Shown in pieces: positions 33,758-46,566 of a DNA stretch of 64,000 nt. A program made the position numbers and the translations under genes. Every line of letters starts with the position of its first letter. Positions within the stretch are counted from its first letter, which is position 1. This stretch comes from Diplonema japonicum (lineage: Eukaryota; Protista; Euglenozoa: Diplonemea): NCBI GenBank assembly GCA_964019335.1, contig OZ025737.1, positions 62,001 to 126,000 of the forward strand, read 5' to 3'. The notes under the pieces are model-generated. The model ran no database searches, was not told the origin of the DNA, and worked only from the letters and a program-made list of their open reading frames with translations.

Positions 33758-34782
33758 AGGGGGGGTAGAAACCTGACCTCTGTTTTCCTGGGCATTCCAT
33801 CATTATGTTCCCCTCTTTTTTTTTTTTTTTTTAATTTATTATTGGTTTATTGCTGTTCCTATCCGTAAACCCTTCTTCATGATGGCTCTGTCTCCCCTCA
33901 GAAGAATGGAGTTTGGGGAGAAAAAAAAAAAAAACGAGGGGATTTATTGTTTTTTTTTTTCTTTTTTGATGGAAGTGGGGAAAAGAGGTTTTAAAAAAAA
34001 AAAAACAAAAAATAAAAAAAAAAAAAATAAAAAATACAGTTTTTTTTTTTTTTTTTTTTTTCCGATCTACAGCATTCAAAATTCCCTTTCATAATTTTTA
34101 TGTTACCCTATTTTTTTTTTTAATTTATTCTGCCACTCCTCCTTCGATGTGTATTTCTTTTAAAGAGTTAAAGAGGCAGTTGGAAAGATCAAGGAGAGAA
34201 GGAATGTCAGGAGTTTATTTTTTTGATTTCAAATAAAAAAAAATTGATTTCAATATTTTTAGATTTCCTTAACCTCCCACCATTTCTTTTTCTCCTTTTT
34301 TCTTTAGTTATGCTTTTTTTTTAACTTATGCAAAAGAAAAACAGAGGAGTTTTGCCATCTTGTTACATAGATGGGGGAAAGGAATAGGAAAAAAAAAGAA
34401 GAAAAGAATGGTAGGAATATTTTTTTTTCCCCCTGTTTCATTCGTTTCTGATTTTTTTATTCTCTTTTTTCTTCTCCCCCACCTTCAAGCATATGCCTTT
34501 CCCTCTCTCTTGCTTTTTTTTTTTTTTTTTTCTTCTTATTCTTCTGTTTTTTTTTTATTTAAAAAATCCAAATTTGTTATTTTATTAACAACAAAAAAGC
34601 CTTTTTGATCTATTTCGTTATATTTCTTCCTTTTTTTTTTTCTTTCTTTTTCTCTTCCCATTTCTATTTTTTTCCCGATCCTTTCGCTTTTGGTGCCCTG
34701 CTTGGTTGTACGCTTGCTTCGGGTTCTTTTCCCCCTTTTTTTTTTTTATTTCTTTTTAAAATCTTTCTCAGAAAGATTTTAG

Positions 34783-34826
<44 letters not shown>

Positions 34827-35071
34827 ACGAGGGCCTGACCCCAGAACTAACCCGGGGAGCCAAGTTTGAGACGTGGGGTGCCCAGAAAGAGAACGGGGAA
34901 TAGTATGGGTAAAGAAGGTAAAATTTCAAAAAAAAAAAAAAAAAAAAAAAAGGGGTCAATCTTTGTTCCCGCTCCCCCCTCCCCCTTGCTGGCATGTTTT
35001 GTGTCTTTAAGGGACTTTGTTCACTTCTGAGCCTCGTCTAGCTTCGTCAGTCTTTTTCTTTTTTTTTTTAA

Positions 35072-35430
35072 CCTGATGCACACTAAGGCGCAATAAATTG
35101 TCGTTTTTACAATTTCGTGTTCTTTTTTTTTTCTTTTTTTTTCTTTTTTTTTTTTTCTTTTTTTTTGAACCTCTACCACCCCCCTCTCTTCAAAGAACAG
35201 CGAACTTTTAATCACTGGGAGCATGCCGCAGTGCGCCAGAAAACCTCATTTGAGACCGACCAGGTTGGGAGAAACTGAATTTAGGGCCTTTTGAAAAAGA
35301 GGGGATTTTCAAAAAAAGAAAAGGAAAACCACATGCTGATGACGAAACAAATGAAAAAAACAGCGTTTTTGCTCCACCCGATCAAAATTGCAAAAATTTG
35401 GACCGGAGATAGGTCGCGGTGTGCATCAGG
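35072..35430. mobile_element. piggyBac-type MITE (359 bp)
   Basis: TTAA at 35068-35071 and 35431-35434; perfect 12-bp TIR CCTGATGCACAC; no coding remnant. Confidence 0.85.
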
Positions 35431-35664
35431 TTAATATCCCCCTTTCTTTCTGTTCTCTCTGTTTTTTTTTTTTTTTTCTTTAAAAAAAATCTTTTTCTTC
35501 TTTCTTTTTTTTTTCATCCCCCCCCACCCAAGATTCCAATCCTAATGTACTAAATGAAGTATATTATTTACTTGCTTTTTTTTTTGTTTCCCCCCCCTTT
35601 CCCCTCTTTTTTTTTTTCCAATTTGTAAAAAAAAAAAAGGGAAAAGGAAAAAAAAAAAAAAAAA

Positions 35665-36342
35665 ATGCAAATGATGAACGTGTTCTGCGTGCTGCCAGAC
35701 AAGCGAAGGGTGACCGTGGATTTAGAAGAAACAGATTGTGAAACAGACCTGATCAGAAAAGTACAGGACGCAGCAATAGACCTCTATGGCGTTGGTATAA
35801 GTCTCCCTGAATGGGTGGATCTGAGGACACTGATGGAGGGAGACGAAGTTCCCATCACATGGGACGAAAAAGAGCTTGCGATGAAGCTGTTGAACGAGGC
35901 GAACGTCACTAGCATCAATGAGTGGGGCTTGCGCATGGCGGTTGTGAGGGGGAACACCAAACTTGTAGAGCTCTTCCTGAAGGCCGGGTTGGACATACAG
36001 TACTCAGATGATTCAGGAGAGTCGCTTCTTCACCTTGCTGCCTTACATGGTGATCGCGATGTGCTTGAACTTCTTCTGGCATTCGGTGCCTCCCCTACAG
36101 CAACAAACACATATGGTTCTACACCTTTGCATGTTGCCAACAGCCTCGAGGTTATTGAGATTCTTTTCCATTCGACCCCGCCCAACTCTGTGAACAATTA
36201 CGGGAACACACCCCTTCACAGCTCCGCGTTTAAGAGAAACCGTGCGGCCTCCGATTTGCTTATCTCGCTCGGCTCTGATCCTTCGATCAGGAACGATTTG
36301 GGATTGACCTTTGCTGACATATTCGATATGCGGCAAACGTGA
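35665..36342 (+). CDS. Ankyrin-repeat protein with a short, possibly ubiquitin-like N-terminal domain
   Basis: GESLLHLAA, GSTPLHVA, GNTPLHSSA. Confidence 0.9.
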   Translation: MQMMNVFCVLPDKRRVTVDLEETDCETDLIRKVQDAAIDLYGVGISLPEWVDLRTLMEGDEVPITWDEKELAMKLLNEANVTSINEWGLRMAVVRGNTKLVELFLKAGLDIQYSDDSGESLLHLAALHGDRDVLELLLAFGASPTATNTYGSTPLHVANSLEVIEILFHSTPPNSVNNYGNTPLHSSAFKRNRAASDLLISLGSDPSIRNDLGLTFADIFDMRQT

Positions 36343-36694
36343 AAAAAAAAAAAAAAGAGATGGAAGCATTAAAAAAGATTTAAAGATCCCCCCCCTTTCC
36401 CCTAGCCTTATTGTTGAAACAAATATGTTTCAATAAATTGTTTTTTTCTTTTTCCCTCCCTTTTTCTATTTATATCTCCCTCTCTCTCTCTTCTTTATTT
36501 TTACTGTAAAGCGGGGGGGGGGGGGGGGATATCTCTAGAAGAATTTTAAAAAAAAGTAAACCCGAAAAAAAAGGGTTTTCTTCTGTGAACCATTGCCCCC
36601 CCCCCCAAAAAAAACAGTAATTTTATTTTTACTTTCCTTTTTCACTTCTGATTACTAAGAAAACACAAAGGCACGGCACCCCCCCTCCGCAGGG

Positions 36695-38701
36695 ATGAGG
36701 CAAGACATGAAGCTTCTTGCGGCCGCCGTTGTAAGCGGCGTAGTTACTCGACTAATGGTCATACGGTGCAAGAGGAGGCGGAAGCCTGTGGCAGATCTCG
36801 AAGGGTTGGATGGGAGTGAAGGCTTAAGGAAAGCAGTGAAAGAAGGATGCAGGGTCGGGGTGAAGCGGTTGGTGGGAAGAGTGGACAAGACAGAACTAGG
36901 TGTTGTTCTGCACATGGCAGTTGTGGGGGGCGACGGGGGGGTGGTGGAAGAGCTTCTGTGGGGTGGGGCCGACCCCAACGTTGATGTGGAAGGAAGGTAC
37001 GCAGTCCATGTGGCGGCAGACAGGACGTCAAACGGGGCCGACATCCTGCAGCTACTAGTCAAGCATGGGGCTGATGTCAACATGCCACAGGCCACCAACT
37101 CTAACGTCACACCACTGCACATCTTGTGCACCAAGGGGAACATGCCAAGCATCGTTGCCCTTCTCGCTTCACCGAACATACAGCCAGATCTCCCTAACTC
37201 CTGCGGTTGGCGTCCTGTGCATCTCGCCGCAGCCACTAACAGACCTGCTGTCCTCGACCTCCTTGAACCCCATGCGTCCCTCAACAGCCCTAACAGTAGG
37301 GGGTCCACACCCCTTCATCTAGCATGCACAGCGCAGGCACACGCCGCCACCAAGTGGCTCGCCCTCCACAATGCTGACGTGACCGTCACCGATGGCGACG
37401 GCAACACACCCCTGCACTTCCTCATGCTGTCCACCTTGAAGCACCCTGTGCTCCATGAGCTGCTCGACATGTTCCTCGAACGGGGTGCCGACGTCACTGC
37501 GAAGAACATGCGGGGTCGGACACCCCTGCACAACGGACTGCAGCGGGGCCACGGTAGGCTCTCCGCCTTCTTACTCATCAAAGGCGCTGACGTCACAGCG
37601 CAGGACGACCAGCTTGTTACACCTATCCACCTCGCGGCTAGCTGCGGCGATCTAGGCATGTTGACGCTTTTGCTGGACGCGAGGCCTGTGAACCCCAACA
37701 TCCCCGACATCAAGGGGAGGACACCGTTGGCGGTGGCTGCTGCAAATGGTATAGTAGTGGACGCAGAACAAACATCTCACCACACCACACCACACCACAG
37801 GATACGATAAGTGCATCGAGTTCCTGCTGACAAAAGGGGCCTCCGTGGACACTATGGATGCAAACTCGTGCACGCCGCTGATCACAGCACTGAAGAACGA
37901 CCGCAAGATGGCCTCGCTGATACTGCTGCGGAATGGGGCCGACGGGATGGTTGTAGATGGTGATGGAAACACACCACTGGCGATAGCGCTGCATCAAGGT
38001 ACTGAGGTGAACCACCACGCACCACACCTACAGGGAAGGAGCACTCCTCGCTGGCAGAGGAGCTCATCACGAAGCATAAAGTGGACGTCAACTGCATGGA
38101 CTCCGAGGTATCCCGAGCTGCTGTAGATTACTGTAAAAAACGAAACAGGGTAGAACGCCATTACACTGGGCAGCAGCGAACGGTGCCATCAACCTGTGCA
38201 CGTTGCTGTTGTCTGAACGTGCCGGTGTATCGGCGAGGACCAACAAGGGAGTGACACCTCTTCACTGGGCTGCGGGTGAAGGCGAGGTCGACGCCACTGA
38301 GATGATGCTCATCGAGGGCAACCAGCAAGGCATCCCCGACTGGGCCAACGTGTCCGACAACGATGGCCGCACACCTTTGCACTGGGCTCTGCGGGTATGC
38401 TAAGCTTTCCGTTCACCACCATTAATTACAGTATATTGAGAGGGGCCACGCGTATACACGTGTCTGCGAACTCCTCTTGGAGAACGGCGCTAAACTGCGA
38501 CAAGAGGACAACAGAGGCATCGATCATACACGCGGGCTAAGTGAGACCCTTGTCGATCGATTCCTCGATGCTGAAATGCGAGGCGAGGTATGCATGAAAG
38601 AGGCTAGGGGTTGGGGGGGTAAATAAAAACAGAGCAAAAAGTCGCCTGTCGACGTGCCTTTCGGTGCGTTCACCGCTTTCGGGGGCCTTTCTGATGACTG
38701 A
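36695..38701 (+). CDS. Long ankyrin-repeat protein, six exons; introns 37749-37800, 37999-38033, 38108-38148, 38395-38431, 38588-38632
   Basis: Many TPLH repeats; removing five GT-AG introns gives one open frame ending GGLSDD-stop. Confidence 0.88.
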
Positions 38702-39069
38702 CACTTTTCGACGATTACACGTTGTGCGCGAAATATTTTTCTCTCGCGTGTACTATTTTTTTTCATCTTTTCTTTTGTTTTGTTTCCTCCGGGCTTGGTT
38801 GGGTTATGTAATATAGGACAAGAGATACCATGCAGCTTCTTTTTTTGGTTCTTCTTTAAAAAAAAAAGAGGTTTTTTTTTTCTTCTTCTTTCTTTTCCGT
38901 TTCTTTTTTCCGCTCTGTGTTGGACTTCATTTTCTTTTACTGAACTGTCGCCACTTATGAATCCTTCTGTGACACCCTGGGTGTGCTTGGCTTTCGTTCC
39001 TTGCTCTTTTCCCATTCTTCACAGCCTCTTCCACGTAAGACACTACAGTTGTTCGACTTAACAAGTAAA

Positions 39070-40282
39070 ATGGCCGCTCGTCCTGAAGTCCAGGTCTTCT
39101 CCACTGAGGGTAAGGCCGCCTCGAAGCTCGCCCTCCCCGAGGTGTTCCTCGCGCCCATCCGTCCCGATGTTGTGAGGACGGTGCACCGTGACATGGCTAA
39201 GAACCGTCGCCAGGCCCAGGGTGTGGCCAGGAGGGCTGGTCACCAGGCCACCGCTGAGTCGTGGGGTACCGGTCGTGCCGTCGCACGTATCCCGCGTGCG
39301 GGTGGTGGTGGTACCCACCGTTCGGGCCAGGGTGCCTACGGGAACCAGTGCCGTGGTGGGCACATGTTCTCGCCCCTCAAGGTTTGTGGCTATAAATAGG
39401 AATGCATATAAACTCAATCACAGGTGTTCCGCAAGTGGCACCGCAGGATCAACCGTGACCAGAGGAGGTACGCCACCGTGTCTGCACTGGCCGCCTCCGC
39501 TGTCCCCGCCCTTGTCATGGCCCGTGGCCACAAGGTATGAGCAGACAGAAAAGAAAGGGTGAGACCACACACACACATACATACAGGTTGACGAGGTTGC
39601 TGAGTTCCCTGTCGTGATTGACGGTCTTGAGAAGACCCAGAAGACCAGGGACGCCGTGAAGGTTCTTGGTGCCATCTCTGCTGACGACGACTGCGACCGT
39701 GTGGCCGCTGCTGAGAAGTTCAGGCAGGGCAAGGGTAAGATGAGGAACAGGCGTTACACCAACCGCCGTGGTCCTCTTGTGGTGTTCGCTGACGCTGACG
39801 GTGTGCGTGCCTTCCGCAACATCGTTGGTGTGGACACCTGCAACGTCGACGCCCTGAACCTCCTCCAGCTCGCCCCCGGTGGTCACGTTGGCCGTTTCAT
39901 CGTCTGGACCAAGTCCGCCTTCGAGAAGCTTCCCTCCGTCTTCGGTGGCTTCGACTCCAAGAGCGACTCCAAGAAGAACTACACCCTTCCCCGCCCTACC
40001 GTGACCATGTCGGACGTGAACCGTGTGCTCAACAGCGAGGAGGTGAAGAAGGCCTGCCGTGACCGTTTGAAGAACGACCAGAAGGTCAGGAAGCACACCA
40101 ACCCCTTCACCAACAAGAGCACCATGAGCCGCCTCAACCCCCACGCCAAGGTCATCAAGGTATGTAGCAGAGGCAAGGGACACAAGTATACAAAACCAAC
40201 AACACAGGGCAACACCAAGAACATGAAGAAGACCAAGGTCAACACCCTCAAGAAGGTCGCCAAGAAGACCGGCAAGAAGTAG
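39070..40282 (+). CDS. RPL4: 60S ribosomal protein L4 (uL4), copy 1; introns 39382-39423, 39535-39586, 40160-40207
   Basis: [44 protein letters not shown]; 356 aa after splicing. Confidence 0.98.
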
Positions 40283-40440
40283 ATGTCTTGGTAAACAATA
40301 TGCGGGCGGAAGCAGGGAAAAAAAAAAGAAAAAAAAAAATACTGCAGCCAATTATCAATGTTATTGTGCTTGTTCTGCTTCTTGACTGCGTTCTGACTCC
40401 GTTGTCCTTTAACCATCCATAGAACTCTTAATCAGTTAAA

Positions 40441-41653
40441 ATGGCCGCTCGTCCTGAAGTCCAGGTCTTCTCCACTGAGGGTAAGGCCGCCTCGAAGCTC
40501 GCCCTCCCCGAGGTGTTCCTCGCGCCCATCCGTCCCGATGTTGTGAGGACGGTGCACCGTGACATGGCTAAGAACCGTCGCCAGGCCCAGGGTGTGGCCA
40601 GGAGGGCTGGTCACCAGGCCACCGCTGAGTCGTGGGGTACCGGTCGTGCCGTCGCACGTATCCCGCGTGCGGGTGGTGGTGGTACCCACCGTTCGGGCCA
40701 GGGTGCCTACGGGAACCAGTGCCGTGGTGGGCACATGTTCTCGCCCCTCAAGGTTTGTGGCTATAAATAGGAATGCATATAAACTCAATCACAGGTGTTC
40801 CGCAAGTGGCACCGCAGGATCAACCGTGACCAGAGGAGGTACGCCACCGTGTCTGCACTGGCCGCCTCCGCTGTCCCCGCCCTTGTCATGGCCCGTGGCC
40901 ACAAGGTATGAGCAGACAGAAAAGAAAGGGTGAGACCACACACACACATACATACAGGTTGACGAGGTTGCTGAGTTCCCTGTCGTGATTGACGGTCTTG
41001 AGAAGACCCAGAAGACCAGGGACGCCGTGAAGGTTCTTGGTGCCATCTCTGCTGACGACGACTGCGACCGTGTGGCCGCTGCTGAGAAGTTCAGGCAGGG
41101 CAAGGGTAAGATGAGGAACAGGCGTTACACCAACCGCCGTGGTCCTCTTGTGGTGTTCGCTGACGCTGACGGTGTGCGTGCCTTCCGCAACATCGTTGGT
41201 GTGGACACCTGCAACGTCGACGCCCTGAACCTCCTCCAGCTCGCCCCCGGTGGTCACGTTGGCCGTTTCATCGTCTGGACCAAGTCCGCCTTCGAGAAGC
41301 TTCCCTCCGTCTTCGGTGGCTTCGACTCCAAGAGCGACTCCAAGAAGAACTACACCCTTCCCCGCCCTACCGTGACCATGTCGGACGTGAACCGTGTGCT
41401 CAACAGCGAGGAGGTGAAGAAGGCCTGCCGTGACCGTTTGAAGAACGACCAGAAGGTCAGGAAGCACACCAACCCCTTCACCAACAAGAGCACCATGAGC
41501 CGCCTCAACCCCCACGCCAAGGTCATCAAGGTATGTAGCAGAGGCAAGGGACACAAGTATACAAAACCAACAACACAGGGCAACACCAAGAACATGAAGA
41601 AGACCAAGGTCAACACCCTCAAGAAGGTCGCCAAGAAGACCGGCAAGAAGTAG
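40441..41653 (+). CDS. RPL4: 60S ribosomal protein L4, copy 2
   Basis: Identical to copy 1 at +1371 bp, introns included. Confidence 0.97.
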
Positions 41654-41811
41654 ATGTCTTGGTAAACAATATGCGGGCGGAAGCAGGGAAAAAAAAAAGA
41701 AAAAAAAAAATACTGCAGCCAATTATCAATGTTATTGTGCTTGTTCTGCTTCTTGACTGCGTTCTGACTCCGTTGTCCTTTAACCATCCATAGAACTCTT
41801 AATCAGTTAAA

Positions 41812-43024
41812 ATGGCCGCTCGTCCTGAAGTCCAGGTCTTCTCCACTGAGGGTAAGGCCGCCTCGAAGCTCGCCCTCCCCGAGGTGTTCCTCGCGCCCAT
41901 CCGTCCCGATGTTGTGAGGACGGTGCACCGTGACATGGCTAAGAACCGTCGCCAGGCCCAGGGTGTGGCCAGGAGGGCTGGTCACCAGGCCACCGCTGAG
42001 TCGTGGGGTACCGGTCGTGCCGTCGCACGTATCCCGCGTGCGGGTGGTGGTGGTACCCACCGTTCGGGCCAGGGTGCCTACGGGAACCAGTGCCGTGGTG
42101 GGCACATGTTCTCGCCCCTCAAGGTTTGTGGCTATAAATAGGAATGCATATAAACTCAATCACAGGTGTTCCGCAAGTGGCACCGCAGGATCAACCGTGA
42201 CCAGAGGAGGTACGCCACCGTGTCTGCACTGGCCGCCTCCGCTGTCCCCGCCCTTGTCATGGCCCGTGGCCACAAGGTATGAGCAGACAGAAAAGAAAGG
42301 GTGAGACCACACACACACATACATACAGGTTGACGAGGTTGCTGAGTTCCCTGTCGTGATTGACGGTCTTGAGAAGACCCAGAAGACCAGGGACGCCGTG
42401 AAGGTTCTTGGTGCCATCTCTGCTGACGACGACTGCGACCGTGTGGCCGCTGCTGAGAAGTTCAGGCAGGGCAAGGGTAAGATGAGGAACAGGCGTTACA
42501 CCAACCGCCGTGGTCCTCTTGTGGTGTTCGCTGACGCTGACGGTGTGCGTGCCTTCCGCAACATCGTTGGTGTGGACACCTGCAACGTCGACGCCCTGAA
42601 CCTCCTCCAGCTCGCCCCCGGTGGTCACGTTGGCCGTTTCATCGTCTGGACCAAGTCCGCCTTCGAGAAGCTTCCCTCCGTCTTCGGTGGCTTCGACTCC
42701 AAGAGCGACTCCAAGAAGAACTACACCCTTCCCCGCCCTACCGTGACCATGTCGGACGTGAACCGTGTGCTCAACAGCGAGGAGGTGAAGAAGGCCTGCC
42801 GTGACCGTTTGAAGAACGACCAGAAGGTCAGGAAGCACACCAACCCCTTCACCAACAAGAGCACCATGAGCCGCCTCAACCCCCACGCCAAGGTCATCAA
42901 GGTATGTAGCAGAGGCAAGGGACACAAGTATACAAAACCAACAACACAGGGCAACACCAAGAACATGAAGAAGACCAAGGTCAACACCCTCAAGAAGGTC
43001 GCCAAGAAGACCGGTAAGAAGTAG
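41812..43024 (+). CDS. RPL4: 60S ribosomal protein L4, copy 3
   Basis: At +2742 bp; one synonymous GGC>GGT change near the stop; different downstream sequence. Confidence 0.97.
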
Positions 43025-43147
43025 ATGCTTTACCTGATTTTTCTTTGAGTTCCTCACTTCATCTTTTTTTTTCATCTTTTCATTTTTTTTTTCAAAGGGC
43101 GCCGCCAACACCGGCCTCCTTTAACTCATATATTTTTTTTTCATTTA

Positions 43148-44736
43148 CTGTAAAACGAATAATGTCGGACGGAAAAATTCTCGGACAGAAAAACTCCCGG
43201 ACGGACGGACACCAAAAAAACCCGGACATTTTTCCGTCCGGGAGTTTTTCTGGGAAGAAGTTTTTTTACTTAAGGGGGGTAGCAGCTCCCACCACGTTTG
43301 CCTGGAAGGGCTTTATTCCTTGTGCAGAGCCAAAATGTCACCCTGCGTGGCAGTTTGAATTTTTCTTCCCCTTTCAATGCACCAACAAACAGCACCCACG
43401 GGATCTTTAACTTCTCATAAACCCGTACTTCTTTCGTCAGATTGACCAGTTCGACTACCCAAGGCACGTTGAGCAGCTGGCTTGTGAGGGGCCCAACTTT
43501 GGTGCTGACACCCCCCGAGATAAACTCCTTACACCGGGCCAGTACAAACCCCCGAAAGCAGCTTGGCGGCCTCTGCCTCGGTCAGAAGACGGCAGCAACA
43601 GGTTCAACAGAGCCCCCGGTTTCTTCCAGACGGAAATACTGGACGTTGCTATTCCACCCTACCACACCCTGGCCGCCGCGACGCCGTGATAGCAGCGTAT
43701 CGCCCAATACGGGATCCTTCGGGGGCTGAAAGATTTTTGCTTGAGTCGATAGGTAAACGGGCTTGGTGAGCCTATCCCAGCACAACAAATATGCCCCTAT
43801 GCAGAAGGGCTGCTGTGCGCCAATCCAGCCCGAAAGACAGACCTGGTAGACTTTGGTGGGGCACTGTCCTTTTCCACTGGCTAGGCTGACAAAACTTTGC
43901 AGCAAGAAAGACAAAAGCCGCAAGCCACCTCCGGAAAGCCCGGAAACGAGAAGGACAACGAGAAGGCACGCTGTTTCACCATGGAATTCAGGTCCATAAT
44001 CGACACCCATAAAGTAAGGCCGGAATTGGTCTGGAATACGGGTTAAAAACCAAAACAAAAAGGGGTGCTAAGGTCGTAAAAGTCCGTGGCTTGGGGGACA
44101 AAACGGGCTATAACCGAACAGCTGGCTGTTTCCTTGGCTGGATGGTTAAATACAAAGGCAAAGCGGAAACGCAACCAGCAGGGATTATCCGGTGATGCCC
44201 CGGTCAAGCACCCGCCCACCGAATGGAGCCTAACGGCATCGCCCAATCATTGGGCTAATTATGATACTCGGTATCTGGGTTACGGAGCTGTTTCTCGATT
44301 CCCATGGTTTTGCCGAACGCCGATTCTGCTGCTTGTCGGCGACCACAACTCTCACACGACCTATGCCTATGGGTTCGTAGAGTGGTTCGCAGGCGCAAAC
44401 GTGCACATTGCTTTTGTCCCCCTGGGCTCACCTACATGGTTCAACCGATGGATATTGGGTTGAACGCAGCTGTAAAGCATCTATTAAGAAAGGTAGTAGG
44501 CCACACGAAGGCTCGACAAGCTGATTGCCTCAGGGCAGCAAGGGAGGACAAAGATGCAGAAAGGGAACCCTGGGGGTTTCTTCGCGCGGTTGCCGTTTGC
44601 AGCCCAGGCCAGTATGTAGGTGGTAGTGGACCAGGCCCCCTGACGGCCTTACCTAAAAAAAATTCCCGGACGGAAAAATTCCCGGACGCCAAAAAAACTC
44701 GGACATTTTTCAGTCCGGGAGTTTTTCGTTTTACAG
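43148..44736 (+). mobile_element. Decayed pogo-like (Tc1/mariner superfamily) DNA transposon
   Basis: TA at both ends; TIR starting CTGTAAAACGAA with subterminal cggacggaaaaa repeats; frameshifted DDE_1-like fragments PILLLVGDHNSH and PPGLTYMVQPMDIGLNAAVKHLLRK. Confidence 0.9.
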
Positions 44737-45353
44737 TATTTATTGTTCAAATCGTGCGTCTTGATCATCAGAAGTCCCACCTCGTCACAGACTGATTAAG
44801 GTTTCTGGGAAAAGTTAGAGTTTGCAGGAAGTCACTGCTGTCTCTCGACAGGTAACAGTCTTTCCTTTGACACGCGAAGACAAAAAGTCTTTGTATTCAG
44901 CAGACCAAAGGGTCACCTCTTGTATCTATATTTGCTAGAGCCTACTTACGGTACCCTCCCATGTTCACTTGTGAATTGTGAGTTTAAAAAATTGAATATG
45001 CTTGGGGGAAAAAAAAGTAAAGGTGCCATGCAACCATGGGAGGGGCAGAGGAAAAGGTAAAATCGACCCAACTTTTCAATTCAATTCCAGCCATGAAAAG
45101 CAGATGGGAATATCCTCTTCTGCGTTTGTGTGACCATTTTCTAGGGTGTTGCTGTGGGTCTGTGTTTGGTTCAAAGGCATTCAACCCTATTCTCTGCCCA
45201 AAACTCGGAGTATTAGGCCGGTTTTGAGACTTTTTGGCACTCAGTGCAGAGAACCACCCACCGGACGAGAACGTCCTTTTGTCATTCAGGGGATAATAAA
45301 AAAATATACCTCAACACCACCACAGTATTGTAAAAGGACATCCTTTAAGTAAA

Positions 45354-46566
45354 ATGGCCGCTCGTCCTGAAGTCCAGGTCTTCTCCACTGAGGGTAAGGC
45401 CGCCTCGAAGCTCGCCCTCCCCGAGGTGTTCCTCGCGCCCATCCGTCCCGATGTTGTGAGGACGGTGCACCGTGACATGGCTAAGAACCGTCGCCAGGCC
45501 CAGGGTGTGGCCAGGAGGGCTGGTCACCAGGCCACCGCTGAGTCGTGGGGTACCGGTCGTGCCGTCGCACGTATCCCGCGTGCGGGTGGTGGTGGTACCC
45601 ACCGTTCGGGCCAGGGTGCCTACGGGAACCAGTGCCGTGGTGGGCACATGTTCTCGCCCCTCAAGGTTTGTGGCTATAAATAGGAATGCATATAAACTCA
45701 ATCACAGGTGTTCCGCAAGTGGCACCGCAGGATCAACCGTGACCAGAGGAGGTACGCCACCGTGTCTGCACTGGCCGCCTCCGCTGTCCCCGCCCTTGTC
45801 ATGGCCCGTGGCCACAAGGTATGAGCAGACAGAAAAGAAAGGGTGAGACCACACACACACATACATACAGGTTGACGAGGTTGCTGAGTTCCCTGTCGTG
45901 ATTGACGGTCTTGAGAAGACCCAGAAGACCAGGGACGCCGTGAAGGTTCTTGGTGCCATCTCTGCTGACGACGACTGCGACCGTGTGGCCGCTGCTGAGA
46001 AGTTCAGGCAGGGCAAGGGTAAGATGAGGAACAGGCGTTACACCAACCGCCGTGGTCCTCTTGTGGTGTTCGCTGACGCTGACGGTGTGCGTGCCTTCCG
46101 CAACATCGTTGGTGTGGACACCTGCAACGTCGACGCCCTGAACCTCCTCCAGCTCGCCCCCGGTGGTCACGTTGGCCGTTTCATCGTCTGGACCAAGTCC
46201 GCCTTCGAGAAGCTTCCCTCCGTCTTCGGTGGCTTCGACTCCAAGAGCGACTCCAAGAAGAACTACACCCTTCCCCGCCCTACCGTGACCATGTCGGACG
46301 TGAACCGTGTGCTCAACAGCGAGGAGGTGAAGAAGGCCTGCCGTGACCGTTTGAAGAACGACCAGAAGGTCAGGAAGCACACCAACCCCTTCACCAACAA
46401 GAGCACCATGAGCCGCCTCAACCCCCACGCCAAGGTCATCAAGGTATGTAGCAGAGGCAAGGGACACAAGTATACAAAACCAACAACACAGGGCAACACC
46501 AAGAACATGAAGAAGACCAAGGTCAACACCCTCAAGAAGGTCGCCAAGAAGACCGGCAAGAAGTAG
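45354..46566 (+). CDS. RPL4: 60S ribosomal protein L4, copy 4
   Basis: Same exons and introns as copy 1; unique flanks. Confidence 0.97.

Larger units (their letters stand above)
39070..43028 (+). repeat. Tandem array of RPL4, unit 1371 bp, about 2.9 copies
   Basis: ORF coordinates and sequence recur with an exact 1371-bp period. Confidence 0.97.

Noticed and set aside
35336-35348. CTGATGA-C-GAAAC resembling a hammerhead ribozyme core
   Set aside because: No room for stem II and no flanking stems I or III.
36695-46566. Apparent frameshifts or pseudogenes in the ankyrin and RPL4 genes; possible non-canonical introns
   Set aside because: Every break is resolved by a short canonical GT-AG intron.
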